Shown piece by piece: positions 35,801-44,729 of a stretch of 64,000 nucleotides of DNA; positions within the stretch are counted from its first letter, which is position 1; each line of letters opens with the position of its first letter. The stretch comes from a virus (taxonomy: Duplodnaviria; Caudoviricetes). The position numbers were made by a program, and so were the translations under genes. Location of the stretch: the IMG/VR virus record IMGVR_UViG_3300032320_001595, positions 17,612 through 81,611 of that record. One strand, given 5' to 3'. The notes beneath the pieces are model-generated. The model did no database searches and was not told the origin of the DNA. It was given only the letters and a program-made list of their open reading frames with translations.

Positions 35801-38800
35801 GCCAGCATTCAGGCCAGCCTCTTTTGATGAGGCAGCCATATCGCTAAACTGTTGAGTTACTGATTTAATGTTTTCGCCAAAATATTCTGCTGTTTTTACT
35901 GGATCTGCAAATGCTGCTATAGCCCTTTCTCTTGCCTCTTCAGCAGCCTTCTTGTATAGCATAAATCCAGTAATGGCAGCAGTAATACCTAGGCCAGCGG
36001 CAATGCCAACTGGACCGCCAAGCATACTTAACATTGCTCCTCCACGCGCGAGCCCTGACCCTGCTCCCGCTAAACCTCCAGGCATCTTCATGGCGGCCCC
36101 TGCTCCAGCGGCTTTTCCTACGCCCATGCTTAATGGAGCCATTGGAGCCTTTAGCCCTATAGAGGCTGCGGCGCGAGCAGCACCTGCGGCTTTTAGTTTT
36201 TCACCTAAAGATCCTAAACCTAAGAAATTTCCAAGAACATTTGATCCGCCAAAGATTTGCATAGCAGTTGTTGCTGTCATAAGTGCAGTTGTAAATAGAC
36301 CAATCTTTGCGGCGGCATCAGATGAGGCACCAGTAACCAAAGTCAAACTAGAGGCAGCCATCATAGCGGCAAAAGAAGCGTTTGATGCAGCATTTAGCCT
36401 AGATCCACCTGGGCCTCCAGCCTCACCACTTGTAGACCTGTCAAGACCTCTACTGAGTCCACTAATTACCCCACGACCAACATTACGACCAGTTGCCTCT
36501 CCTACTGCCTCTGCTTCTTTAGAGGGAGATGAAGAACGAGTAGCGTCTGCAGCCCCTTTACCCATACCAGTAACAAAGAATGGAGTGGGGTCAACTGTCA
36601 TGGTCCTATCTTGTAGATATGTCCTTGGAATACGCCCAGGCTTTAAATCAGTATACCCAGGAATTCCAGCAGTTGTTGCTCCAAAAGCCTGTCTTCTTCC
36701 TCCGCGAGTTCCTTCTGGTCCAACAGACATTGTTTGGAAGGCTCCGTATTGACCAGAAACAGTTTGCAATGTTAGAGCAGCCTTATTACTTGTATTTGCA
36801 AGTTTTCTTAATGCTTCCTCTACTGCTGCATACATCATAGGATCGTCAATAACTTCTTTACCTAGAGCATTAAGTTCTACAATTATTTGATCTATAACAG
36901 GTTGTAGTTCTGCAAATGACAGACCTGTTTGATCCATCATTAACTGCCATGCCTGCTGACTTTGAAATTGAGTTTTCAAGGATTGATTATGTTGGGCAAT
37001 TTCTAAATCATTTAATTTTTCCCTTGCAGCGCTATCTGTTAACAATCTATTTGTTGATTGTGTGAGCATCAAAACCAGATTACTGTATACATTCATCTGC
37101 TTCACTCCTGCGGCTGCCATTGCATCTATAAGCCCCATTGCATAGGGACTTGCAATTGCCCTAAACATAGCCATTGTTTTTTCATCTTGCAGGTTAACTC
37201 TACCTGGAGCAGCAATATGTGCTTTTACTAAACCACCAGTTTGATACTTACCCACCTTCCCTGAATTCATTGCAGATAAAAGAGGGCCAAAAGAAGATGC
37301 TGCTTTTCTATTGACAATAAATTCTCCAGGCTCAAGTAGGGCGGGGATCTTATCTCCACTTCCAGACCCTGGAACATATTCGGGGTTCTTAGACCCTGCC
37401 TGCCTCTTAATAGGGGCAGTACCTCTACCAGCAGCACCAGGAATAAATAATGCAGGGTTTGTAGTTTGTAATGTTCTAAGAGAAGCCCCGTAGGATGACA
37501 TGGCTCCAATAAGTTGTCTTAATGCCCGTTCTTGAGTTGTGAATGATCCAGTCAAAGTGTCAACGCCTAGTCTGGCTGCCATCACTTCTTCATTAAGTAA
37601 TTCAAACTTTTCTACTCTAAGGCCAGCGATTCTTGCCCCTAACCTTACCATCATCATCCCAAACTTGATTCCATTGGCAATTAGGTTTCCAAATAGACCG
37701 ACCAACATAATAACGGGACCAGCAAGAGCAGCAATTGCTGTTCCATACTTAGCAAAATTCTTTATTGGCTCTGGTAGAGCCTGGAAGAATTCAATAAACT
37801 TTCCAGCGGCTTGACCAATAAATTGAAAAATGGGAATTAAGGATTCTGTTAAAGTTTCACCAATAGGTATAAGAGTATTTCTTAATTGCTCTAATGTTCT
37901 CTGGAACTTCATGGCGGTACTCTCTTGAAGAGTCTTTAACTCTGCATTTGCAATAGCCGCTAATTCTACAGAACTGTTAGCAGTTAACTCTAAAACGCTT
38001 TGTGTCTGAGAACCCATTCTTCCAAGATTCTCAAATAGCGCACTCATTCTAGCAAACTGATACTTACCAAAAATTTCTTCAATAATTCTTGCCCTGCCAA
38101 AATCGTCAAGACCCTGCAGGGCGTTCTGCATGGCATAGATAGTTGGCATAAGTTGACCCTTATTGTCTTCAACTATCTTATTAAGATTAATTCCAAATTC
38201 TTTTGCAACATCTGAAGCCTTTTGAGTTGGGTTAATCATTGATGCCAGACCAGATTTAATGGCGTTTGCGGCCTCTGCTGCTGGTACGCCGCCTTCGCGC
38301 ATAGCCACAAGCATCATGGCGAGATCCTGAATGTCTCCGCCAAGACTTTGTACAACGGGTCCTACTCTTGGAATGGCAGTAGCAAAGTCTTGAAGTGTTG
38401 TAGAAGTTTGATTTTCAACAGCGTTGAGAAAGTTAATAGACTGTGTTAACTCATCGGTATCCATTTTAAATGCGGACTGGATTGCAAGAGTGGCCTTCAT
38501 TGCCTCTTGCCTATCGACTTCACCAAGGACTGCTAGCCTTGTAGTTTCTTGTACAGACTTAATTAATTTTTCTCCCTCTGCACCTGTTGCTGCAATATCG
38601 GCAGCGAGGGCAGCAGTTTCTGTTGCGGCAATGCCATAGTTTCTTCCAATACTAAACGCTAATTCTTCAACCTGCTTCCTCATTGCCTCAGTAGAGTTCT
38701 TCATAGAACTTCCTAGATCTTGTCCGTAAACCTTTTGGAATCTAGTGAGTTCTTTATCTAGGTCACGGAATTGTTTTGATACAGCAGCAGTAAACAGCGC

Positions 38801-39361
38801 TAAAGGTATTGTAAAACCAACCATAAGTTGTCGGCCTGCCCATTGAGTATTCTTACCAAAATTAAGAAGTGACGTTGAACCGCCCTCAATTAATTTATTA
38901 AAGATAGAAAACTTTTGAGAGGCAATAGCGGTAGAACTAGTAAGAGAATTTACCTGGGCTGGAGTTATCATCATTGCCTGACCAGCAGCAGTACTTACAG
39001 CAATAGATTGTTGATATCTAACTTGCTGAATAGCAAGTTCCTTTAACATACTATTCTGACGGGTGTATCCAGCAAATGCCTCACGGAAGTATTGACGCAT
39101 GGTTAGGCGATTTGATGCAAGAGCCTTACCGAATCCTTCTACAGCAGACTGTGCTTGAACGGTCTTAGCAGTAAATCCACCAATCTGCCCAACATTAGTA
39201 GCGAATGTAGATGCAAGACTTCTTTGTGCGGATAAGGCGCTTTTGTCAAGTGTATTAAATGCGGCAGTCAGGCCAGCAATCTGGCCCGTTAAAGCCTTAA
39301 TTTGCGCCTGTGCTGGCGACAAATTAGCATTATAAGTTATGACAGAATGTATATTAGCCAA
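32876..39361 (-). CDS. Tape measure protein with C-terminal NlpC/P60-like peptidase domain
   Basis: 2161 aa, Ala-rich helical, TP901-type core (ETAALAADIAATG...RLAVLGEVD), TM-like segments, coiled coil, GCAT...GDLIFY...NHVEMY. Confidence 0.92.
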   Translation of the reverse strand: MANIHSVITYNANLSPAQAQIKALTGQIAGLTAAFNTLDKSALSAQRSLASTFATNVGQIGGFTAKTVQAQSAVEGFGKALASNRLTMRQYFREAFAGYTRQNSMLKELAIQQVRYQQSIAVSTAAGQAMMITPAQVNSLTSSTAIASQKFSIFNKLIEGGSTSLLNFGKNTQWAGRQLMVGFTIPLALFTAAVSKQFRDLDKELTRFQKVYGQDLGSSMKNSTEAMRKQVEELAFSIGRNYGIAATETAALAADIAATGAEGEKLIKSVQETTRLAVLGEVDRQEAMKATLAIQSAFKMDTDELTQSINFLNAVENQTSTTLQDFATAIPRVGPVVQSLGGDIQDLAMMLVAMREGGVPAAEAANAIKSGLASMINPTQKASDVAKEFGINLNKIVEDNKGQLMPTIYAMQNALQGLDDFGRARIIEEIFGKYQFARMSALFENLGRMGSQTQSVLELTANSSVELAAIANAELKTLQESTAMKFQRTLEQLRNTLIPIGETLTESLIPIFQFIGQAAGKFIEFFQALPEPIKNFAKYGTAIAALAGPVIMLVGLFGNLIANGIKFGMMMVRLGARIAGLRVEKFELLNEEVMAARLGVDTLTGSFTTQERALRQLIGAMSSYGASLRTLQTTNPALFIPGAAGRGTAPIKRQAGSKNPEYVPGSGSGDKIPALLEPGEFIVNRKAASSFGPLLSAMNSGKVGKYQTGGLVKAHIAAPGRVNLQDEKTMAMFRAIASPYAMGLIDAMAAAGVKQMNVYSNLVLMLTQSTNRLLTDSAAREKLNDLEIAQHNQSLKTQFQSQQAWQLMMDQTGLSFAELQPVIDQIIVELNALGKEVIDDPMMYAAVEEALRKLANTSNKAALTLQTVSGQYGAFQTMSVGPEGTRGGRRQAFGATTAGIPGYTDLKPGRIPRTYLQDRTMTVDPTPFFVTGMGKGAADATRSSSPSKEAEAVGEATGRNVGRGVISGLSRGLDRSTSGEAGGPGGSRLNAASNASFAAMMAASSLTLVTGASSDAAAKIGLFTTALMTATTAMQIFGGSNVLGNFLGLGSLGEKLKAAGAARAAASIGLKAPMAPLSMGVGKAAGAGAAMKMPGGLAGAGSGLARGGAMLSMLGGPVGIAAGLGITAAITGFMLYKKAAEEARERAIAAFADPVKTAEYFGENIKSVTQQFSDMAASSKEAGLNAGEVDQGLREAVKQDYAPLIENIQRQGSEVGARELSNAFNKMIASGLSAEQATASVEAIAVEAGVKGGQAFATAMGQGMLEATSTLDAMLSFRSSAAGGEQAQAAIERITVSGEERRRNVVSPGTTRGYGRSAIAFGSSDYVRDAARIGDLATTSSDELIKAAEFYFQTFTEAPQEAIKYFDQIAATTDETFNVDQIEEYLKGIDEVAGSRLASMIDENADKAKQVLRALSAGMSLPEIIAAIEAGTLDAEIKIRVDTRQAEINIQNLKDSISEALGADLTKNLEATDDNIEGLDKQINRVQNSLEKGTEKLQENFEATQEASDAAIEAMQDEADLIQEKIDKRREETQEKIDSLNEEKDGIVEATDAYIKSIQKRQRVDSFYANQRKTAFSALQKLASGDVFGFLQARTEMGQEAQQFSYDNQIQSIEDRREKEVNAIEDTIEKEQERQEQFEKNQQEKIDLINDQMDAERDLQDERQKGFEAQLEEFKKIKEKRVEDLQDARAKEQVKREGIQKAIDAAEAQQIISAKDLAKVLGPELAAPYIEEQKALIRTMYLADIKNKISAEEALKNAKERLMTLYPEQDRTQTGINYNAATIAELLGMRPGTSPIPNRANGGPISGPGGPKSDVIPAMLSNGEYVVQASSVKKYGTGLMDAINTQKFAEGGLIEGGQNTAERGSFNFASPKLVEGRIFPNKNKPKPDPGTGTGSPPPGGVTTNPPVAPGMDNILSLAQKYSYLPYSSAYPIQTDKSGNPTGWGCATSVAWLYKNGAGITLPSPSLSYGQYAGLRQTVSRSNIAPGDLIFYYNSSGVNTQNPVNHVEMYMGAGKVFNGGVGIQGGFSNHPVVSIKRPSKFAAGGFVGGMGGPRSDTVPALLSSGEYVMKSNAVDKYGRGFMDQINSGNFNMPSFGMPSMPTAPSSSIATTVNGGTSSTNNSSSNVKIVINGVSGKSATAIANKVASMINSSNNRRNHSRSI

Positions 39362-39683
39362 ATTCTACACCCTCCGCTATTTTATATTCTAGCCCCATTT
39401 CTGGGGTAAAACCTTGGCTAATAGCACCAGCAATATTTTTATCGCCAGTCAGTCTAGCCGCAGCCCTTGCCTGGATTTCTTCGATAGTCGGAATAGGATC
39501 TTTATGGCTTTCTTCCTCATTAGCATCAAGGTCTATACCTTGAATAGCCGCCATAAACTTCTGCCTCCGTCTTTCTGAGTCGTACATTGCTTTTAGAGTT
39601 GCAGCAAGTTCAGGCATAGAGAGCGACGACTCTAGTTCTTCGTAGTCTTTCCAATGGCCAAGTAGAAAGACCTCCCCCAACAT
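39354..39683 (-). CDS. Tail assembly chaperone, frameshift (gpT-like) segment
   Basis: Its frame is open upstream to slippery site 39734-39740 (PSSGGSGTRWEDLDLASMLGEV...). Confidence 0.8.
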   Translation of the reverse strand: MLGEVFLLGHWKDYEELESSLSMPELAATLKAMYDSERRRQKFMAAIQGIDLDANEEESHKDPIPTIEEIQARAAARLTGDKNIAGAISQGFTPEMGLEYKIAEGVEFG

Positions 39684-39694
39684 GGAGGCTAGAT

Positions 39695-40027
39695 CTAGAT
39701 CCTCCCAGCGAGTTCCTGAGCCGCCGCTACTAGGTTTGGGTCGTTCAACCTAATATCTGCTGATACCTCTAAAATCTTGTACATTGTTTGAAGATCAACT
39801 GCCTCTTCAATCTCGTCCTTTTCGGCCAAGTCTGGAGCAAACTGCTTGAAGGCAATAGCGGTGCAGTTAATGAGAATGTCAAGGAATTCATCCTCGTTGG
39901 TTGCTTCTGCAGCCTTTTGCCATTCTTTCATTACTTCTCTTAAATTCTTTAGATTTAATGGTTTTACTACAATGGAGCGACCATCTAATAGTTCTAACTC
40001 TATTGTTTCGTATACTGTAGTTGCCAT
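39695..40027 (-). CDS. Tail assembly chaperone (gpG-like)
   Basis: Between major tail and tape measure genes. Confidence 0.82.
   Translation of the reverse strand: MATTVYETIELELLDGRSIVVKPLNLKNLREVMKEWQKAAEATNEDEFLDILINCTAIAFKQFAPDLAEKDEIEEAVDLQTMYKILEVSADIRLNDPNLVAAAQELAGRI
39734..39740 (-). other. Programmed -1 ribosomal frameshift slippery heptamer C-CCA-AAC
   Basis: X XXY YYZ in the correct phase (codon CCA starts at 39739); -1 frame open into 39354-39683. Confidence 0.75.
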
Positions 40028-40075
40028 TAATTGTCCTTTCAGTTGTTATAAATATTATACATTATAAATGATAAA

Positions 40076-40098
40076 GACGTAGCAAAAAATGCTACGTC
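40076..40098 (-). terminator. Intrinsic terminator after major tail gene
   Basis: gacgtagca-aaaaa-tgctacgtc, 9-bp stem followed by TTTATCATTT on minus. Confidence 0.65.
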
Positions 40099-40121
40099 CC
40101 TATCATAACGCTATTTAATTC

Positions 40122-40883
40122 TTAGAAGATGCGGTCAACGATCTTGCCGTATGCGGCATTACCATCGGGAGCATCATTTGATGTAGAAGGCATAACTCGG
40201 AAGTTAACGGGGAAGACGGTAGCATCGTCACGACGAACGCCAACGCCAACAGCCTCTACAGAAACTGCGCGGTAAAGCATGTAGATTCTTTCTGCCTTGT
40301 TACCACCAGCCTCTGCAACTGAAGTAGGAGCAGAACCAACGAAACATACTGAACGCTCTACAGGTGAGATACCAAGGGCACCACCATTAAGATGTAGAAT
40401 GTTTTGAACCTGAGCAACTGCTGAACCATTAGCATAGACTGCACTAGCACCCTGAACATCAAGTGTGTTCGGAGCGCCGTCTGCAGATGCTGTAAGGTTG
40501 TATGATTGAGACAAATCTGTACTTCTGAAGTCGCCAGTAGCGCCCTTTGCACCACCAATTGCAACATAAAGATTTTCTAGGCTTGCTTCGGTAAGGCTTG
40601 TTGCAACAGTAACTCTTTGAGAAGTCTTGAATAGACGAGCGGTATCAAGGAGTTGGTCAACCATAACATCGTTGAATGTAGGCTCAATGTTGAGTGTAAC
40701 ACCCTCCATTGTGTAGCCAAGGTGACTCCATGCTCCACTAGCAACGTTGGTAACATTTGTTGGAATCTGTGCAGATAGGGTAGAAGCAGAAACGTTAATT
40801 CTGCTGTTCTCTACACCTGCGGGTCCAACGTAAACAACTGCTGCACCCACAATAATATTCTTTGCATTAAAGTCTCTAGCCAT
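40122..40883 (-). CDS. Major tail protein
   Basis: NIIVGAAVVYV...LGYTMEGVTLNIEP...VDQLLD...TSLTEASLENL...FPVNFRVMP siphoviral MTP pattern; GAGGAGGTG SD. Confidence 0.85.
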   Translation of the reverse strand: MARDFNAKNIIVGAAVVYVGPAGVENSRINVSASTLSAQIPTNVTNVASGAWSHLGYTMEGVTLNIEPTFNDVMVDQLLDTARLFKTSQRVTVATSLTEASLENLYVAIGGAKGATGDFRSTDLSQSYNLTASADGAPNTLDVQGASAVYANGSAVAQVQNILHLNGGALGISPVERSVCFVGSAPTSVAEAGGNKAERIYMLYRAVSVEAVGVGVRRDDATVFPVNFRVMPSTSNDAPDGNAAYGKIVDRIF

Positions 40884-40924
40884 TTATTTTTTCACCTCCT
40901 CGGAGCAGTAAAAGTAAAACGCTT

Positions 40925-40949
40925 CCTCATAAATTATATTATCATGAGG
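40925..40949 (-). promoter_or_regulatory. -10 element (TATAAT) flanked by CCTCAT/ATGAGG inverted repeat, upstream of major tail gene
   Basis: cctcat-aaattatattatc-atgagg. Confidence 0.45.
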
Positions 40950-40953
40950 TTGA

Positions 40954-41448
40954 TTATTTTGTGTATTCATAGGTTAGTTTTAAACATGTAATAAATTTAG
41001 GTTTAAAACTATCTATTCTTTTTTCGTCAGCAATGTAGGAATCCTGATCTACAGTAATGTATTTAAACTTAATAGACGGACTCGCTTTTAATAGATGGTT
41101 ATTTACTTCATTCGCACTCTCATCGAATCTGTCTAGGGCATCTACTATATAATTTTTTACATAAAAAATTTGAGGCAAATCTCCAACAATTATATAATCG
41201 GCCTCCTCTTTTTGTAGTGGCCAAAATGTTCCAGCCTTTGGAAGAAACATGTAGTCATAGATTACGAATGGCATAGTTGCAGAATCTGCGGCAAGGTTTT
41301 CACTTACTGGATAAAAAGGCTTAAAGGTATAATTTCTTGCGTTCCAGACAGCACTAGAGGCCGCAGGATAACCAGAAACTGAGCCACTTACTAAATCCCA
41401 TAAATAGTTATTAATATGAACAATTGCTAACTCCATTGGATTAGACAT
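40954..41448 (-). CDS. Putative tail terminator/completion protein
   Basis: Position before MTP; PFVIYDY motif. Confidence 0.6.
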   Translation of the reverse strand: MSNPMELAIVHINNYLWDLVSGSVSGYPAASSAVWNARNYTFKPFYPVSENLAADSATMPFVIYDYMFLPKAGTFWPLQKEEADYIIVGDLPQIFYVKNYIVDALDRFDESANEVNNHLLKASPSIKFKYITVDQDSYIADEKRIDSFKPKFITCLKLTYEYTK

Positions 41449-42142
41449 AGTTCGCCGTCACCCCTTCTGCAATTAAAGTTGCATCTCTTTTTGCAATAGA
41501 AAGCATATTAGTTACAATACCAGAATTTATTCTTGGAACAACTAACCTTCTACGCTCTTGGACTCCACGCTCTATTTTTCTGAAGAATCCAAACTTAGCA
41601 AGTATTTGACTTCCCTGTGTAGCAACAACTCTATTAAATGTTGACTCAAAACTTCCCTTAACCTCTGTGCCGCCAGGAGATTGCACAAAAGATTTTGTTG
41701 TTGTAACGAACCTTCCATCTTCAAGTCTATACTTTAGGTACTTACCTCTCTTTGGCTGTATAACTATAGGCTTTCCCTTTTCCATGACTTCAGCCTTGTT
41801 AGGGAAAGGATAACCTTGTTCGTTAGGATATTTTGCTGGACTAAAAGTATAACTTATGATAGCGCCATCGATGGTACTTGATATATTACACTTAAATAGT
41901 CTGGCTGATCTTTCTCCCGTTCTATTAAACTCATAAACGTGATGGAAGGCTTTTCCATTTTGGCGAGCCTGCATATCTACATAATTATCAAAGTAGTTCT
42001 TTATAATGAATGCCGCACCACGATTAATCTTAGTTTTGTTTTCTGGATTCATGTATAGGTCTGTAATAAGGGTGCCATCGTAAGTTGCTAGAGCAGTAAC
42101 TTTTTCTGCAAACTTTCCAGTATTAAATGGTTTTGTAGCCAT
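41441..42142 (-). CDS. Putative neck/tail completion protein
   Basis: Position in head-tail module; HHVYEF..TG...RLF, FPNKAEVMEKG.P motifs. Confidence 0.6.
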   Translation of the reverse strand: MATKPFNTGKFAEKVTALATYDGTLITDLYMNPENKTKINRGAAFIIKNYFDNYVDMQARQNGKAFHHVYEFNRTGERSARLFKCNISSTIDGAIISYTFSPAKYPNEQGYPFPNKAEVMEKGKPIVIQPKRGKYLKYRLEDGRFVTTTKSFVQSPGGTEVKGSFESTFNRVVATQGSQILAKFGFFRKIERGVQERRRLVVPRINSGIVTNMLSIAKRDATLIAEGVTANYV

Positions 42143-42582
42143 TATGGTCCTAACCTTTGAATCTCTTGACGCATTATAACGGTTTCATATTCTATTACTG
42201 ATCCGTCAAAATTGATTAGCGGGGTCGATCCGCGTGACTCAAAGATAGTAGATCCTTGAAACCCGCCATCACTAGATGGATCTTGATCTTCTAGATAAAT
42301 AACACCAGAACTGTTTCTTATTCTTACAATTCTTCTATCTGATGGAATAACCTCTGATGATCGTATTTTAACCATTGAGATAAGCATATTCAAGTAGTTA
42401 TTTATTTCAACTGTTGTTGAGTTATCTCCAAGACCTTTTCTTACAACACCCTTAGCAAGACAGTTAATAGTTTTTTCAAAAGTCCAGGCTCTTACAACTG
42501 CTCCAGTAGCATCCTGAGAAACAGTAGCCTGATAAATATCTGCTTTCATTGTATACGTTGAAGATGATATACATGTTGCCAC
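42142..42582 (-). CDS. Head-to-tail stopper (closure) protein
   Basis: Beta-rich, KADIYQ...QDATGAVVRAW; position after adaptor. Confidence 0.7.
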   Translation of the reverse strand: MATCISSSTYTMKADIYQATVSQDATGAVVRAWTFEKTINCLAKGVVRKGLGDNSTTVEINNYLNMLISMVKIRSSEVIPSDRRIVRIRNSSGVIYLEDQDPSSDGGFQGSTIFESRGSTPLINFDGSVIEYETVIMRQEIQRLGP

Positions 42583-43485
42583 TTAAATCACCATGTATCG
42601 CGGAATTTTATAATGCGCTAAAAGGTTGTCTACAAGCAGGTTTCCTGTCCCTGCAGCAAAGTCTGAGCCATATTTAATATCGTATGCGTCGTTGGATAGT
42701 TCAGATATATTCTTGTTTCGGATATTAAAATCATTGCATAAATAATCATTTACTAGTAAGGCTGTTGCCTCTTCTACATCTGCAGGGACATAATCCCATC
42801 CCCAAACTCCATCTATTTTATAGGCAAAATCTTTCTTAAAAATTCCTTGATAATAGAAAACAGAAAATCTAGGAAATTCAAGTATTTCCGTTTCTTCGTC
42901 AGAGTTCACTATTTTAATTCTATTTGAAGATTCACCAATTTCTAATGGATAATCTAATTGATAAAGAGAATTATCTCTCTCATAGATCAAAACATCATCT
43001 TCATAAATGGCATCTATTCTAAATAGATTATCTGGAAGAGTCAAAACGTCTGTATTGTTTCCATACACAGTTACTGTTTTTTTATTTTTATAAAAGTCAT
43101 ACCCTAGGGATGCATTTATACTAAGCCTTGCTCTTCTCTCAAGTCTTTTAATTGCGGCGTCTGTTGTTGATACATCTATCGATGCAATATCTCTTATTTG
43201 AGAAACAGTAGCATAGGGACGAACCAATGCAGCATACTGTACTTGATTATACGCTCCAGAGCCACTAGTTGTAACGTACTCTATTTTTATGTTTCTGTCA
43301 TATGTTGTTGAGTTAGCATCTAGTGTTAATTTAAATACAGATGAGGCTGTTTTTGTTGCCTTGCCGCCTTGAATAAACTCTTGTGTGTTTAAATCGTATA
43401 TCTCAAAGTACACGTTAGTCGCATAGGAACTAGCAGTATAACTAATCTCTAAAGGAGAATAATCGCTTCTAAGATATTCAAGCAT
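42583..43485 (-). CDS. Head-to-tail adaptor protein
   Basis: First gene after capsid; YATVSQIR and GVWGWDYVPADVEEATALLV adaptor motifs. Confidence 0.75.
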   Translation of the reverse strand: MLEYLRSDYSPLEISYTASSYATNVYFEIYDLNTQEFIQGGKATKTASSVFKLTLDANSTTYDRNIKIEYVTTSGSGAYNQVQYAALVRPYATVSQIRDIASIDVSTTDAAIKRLERRARLSINASLGYDFYKNKKTVTVYGNNTDVLTLPDNLFRIDAIYEDDVLIYERDNSLYQLDYPLEIGESSNRIKIVNSDEETEILEFPRFSVFYYQGIFKKDFAYKIDGVWGWDYVPADVEEATALLVNDYLCNDFNIRNKNISELSNDAYDIKYGSDFAAGTGNLLVDNLLAHYKIPRYMVI

Positions 43486-43537
43486 TTAGCACCACCAGAA
43501 TAGTATTAATTCTATTTTACTACATATTGAGATATGG

Positions 43538-43562
43538 AAAGGGGGCCGCATAAGCGGCCCCC
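43538..43562 (-). terminator. Intrinsic terminator after major capsid gene
   Basis: gggggccgc-ataa-gcggccccc, 9-bp GC stem with TTT on minus. Confidence 0.8.
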
Positions 43563-43582
43563 TAACCAGTAATATTTAATTA

Positions 43583-44701
43583 TCAGCCAGTTACGGCGTT
43601 AGCCTTAGCCATTGCGGAAAGTTCCTCAATGTTGAGGCCCATACGGACGTAAACTGTGTACTCTACGCTATCTTTCTTTGGCTTGAACTCACGGTGGACA
43701 GTAACATCTCTCTGGAAGCCCCAGATTCTGTTCTGTGGGAAGGTGAGGTCAACGTAGGAGTCTGGGTATAGTGGAACTTCCATGACGGGGATACCGAAAA
43801 TAGAAGTTGTCATACCAGCAGGGCCACCAACGCGGGGCTGTGCGCCACGGAGGATACCAGAAGCGATATCCTCAGGAACGCCACCTGAGCCAATTGCACG
43901 GAGATCCGTAAGAAGGGTTTGAACGTTCTTAGTTGAAGCATAGAACTTCAACTCGCCACGACGAGCCTTGAACTTACGGGGAAGTGCATTGTAAAGATTC
44001 TCAAAGAAGGAAATAGCGGAACCACTCTTTACCTGACCTGCTGTAGTAGCAGCGGTGAAGAATGTGGATGCTGTGGTTAGGGTTGCAGCGGTACCAAAGT
44101 GTGTACCACCAGCAGCGCCATCGGCTAGTTTAACGAACCCATCGATTGTGTATGGGTAGGTTGTACCAGCGTAGGATGCGGTACCCTGAGCAGCAAGACC
44201 ATTGATTGCAATGTCCTCAAGATCGTTACCAAACTGACCAGCCATTAGCCGGACAATGTGGTCCTCAAGAGCAGAGCCTTCAATGTTATCCTCAAGTGCC
44301 TCAGTTGAGAGTTCGTAGTCCAAGCGGAACTTAGTTGTGACAATTTCAACCTTGGTGAATTGTGCGCCACGGTTTGCATAACTTGTTGTTCCTGCACCAG
44401 CATCAAAAATGCTTTCGCTTGCTTGTGATGCTTTACGGATCAAACGTGTGCCCACCTGAATCTTATCGAATTCAGCGGTGTTTGCACGCATGATTTGTCT
44501 ACGACCGTCGTTGCCCAAGACCATCTGATCAAACACATAGTCTAGGAATTGACGGGATTGTTCTGGAAGTAGGACGCCACCATCTTGTGTTAGTGGGTTA
44601 GTGGTCAAGTTCTCCATATCACCGCTTGAAGCGAGATCTGAGATGATTGAACCTGTACCAACATTTACTGCGGCAGCGGCCTTATTTATAATGTCACTCA
44701 T
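43583..44701 (-). CDS. Major capsid protein (HK97 fold)
   Basis: GGVLLPEQSRQFL, YELSTEALEDNIEG, FGNDLEDIAING, IFGIPV, EYTVYVRMG. Confidence 0.92.
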   Translation of the reverse strand: MSDIINKAAAAVNVGTGSIISDLASSGDMENLTTNPLTQDGGVLLPEQSRQFLDYVFDQMVLGNDGRRQIMRANTAEFDKIQVGTRLIRKASQASESIFDAGAGTTSYANRGAQFTKVEIVTTKFRLDYELSTEALEDNIEGSALEDHIVRLMAGQFGNDLEDIAINGLAAQGTASYAGTTYPYTIDGFVKLADGAAGGTHFGTAATLTTASTFFTAATTAGQVKSGSAISFFENLYNALPRKFKARRGELKFYASTKNVQTLLTDLRAIGSGGVPEDIASGILRGAQPRVGGPAGMTTSIFGIPVMEVPLYPDSYVDLTFPQNRIWGFQRDVTVHREFKPKKDSVEYTVYVRMGLNIEELSAMAKANAVTG

Positions 44702-44729
44702 GCTTTTCTTTACACCTCTCTTTCATATT

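Noticed and set aside
35868-36752. 294-aa plus-strand ORF
   Set aside because: Antisense shadow of the Ala/Gly-rich tape measure region; no SD or recognisable motifs.
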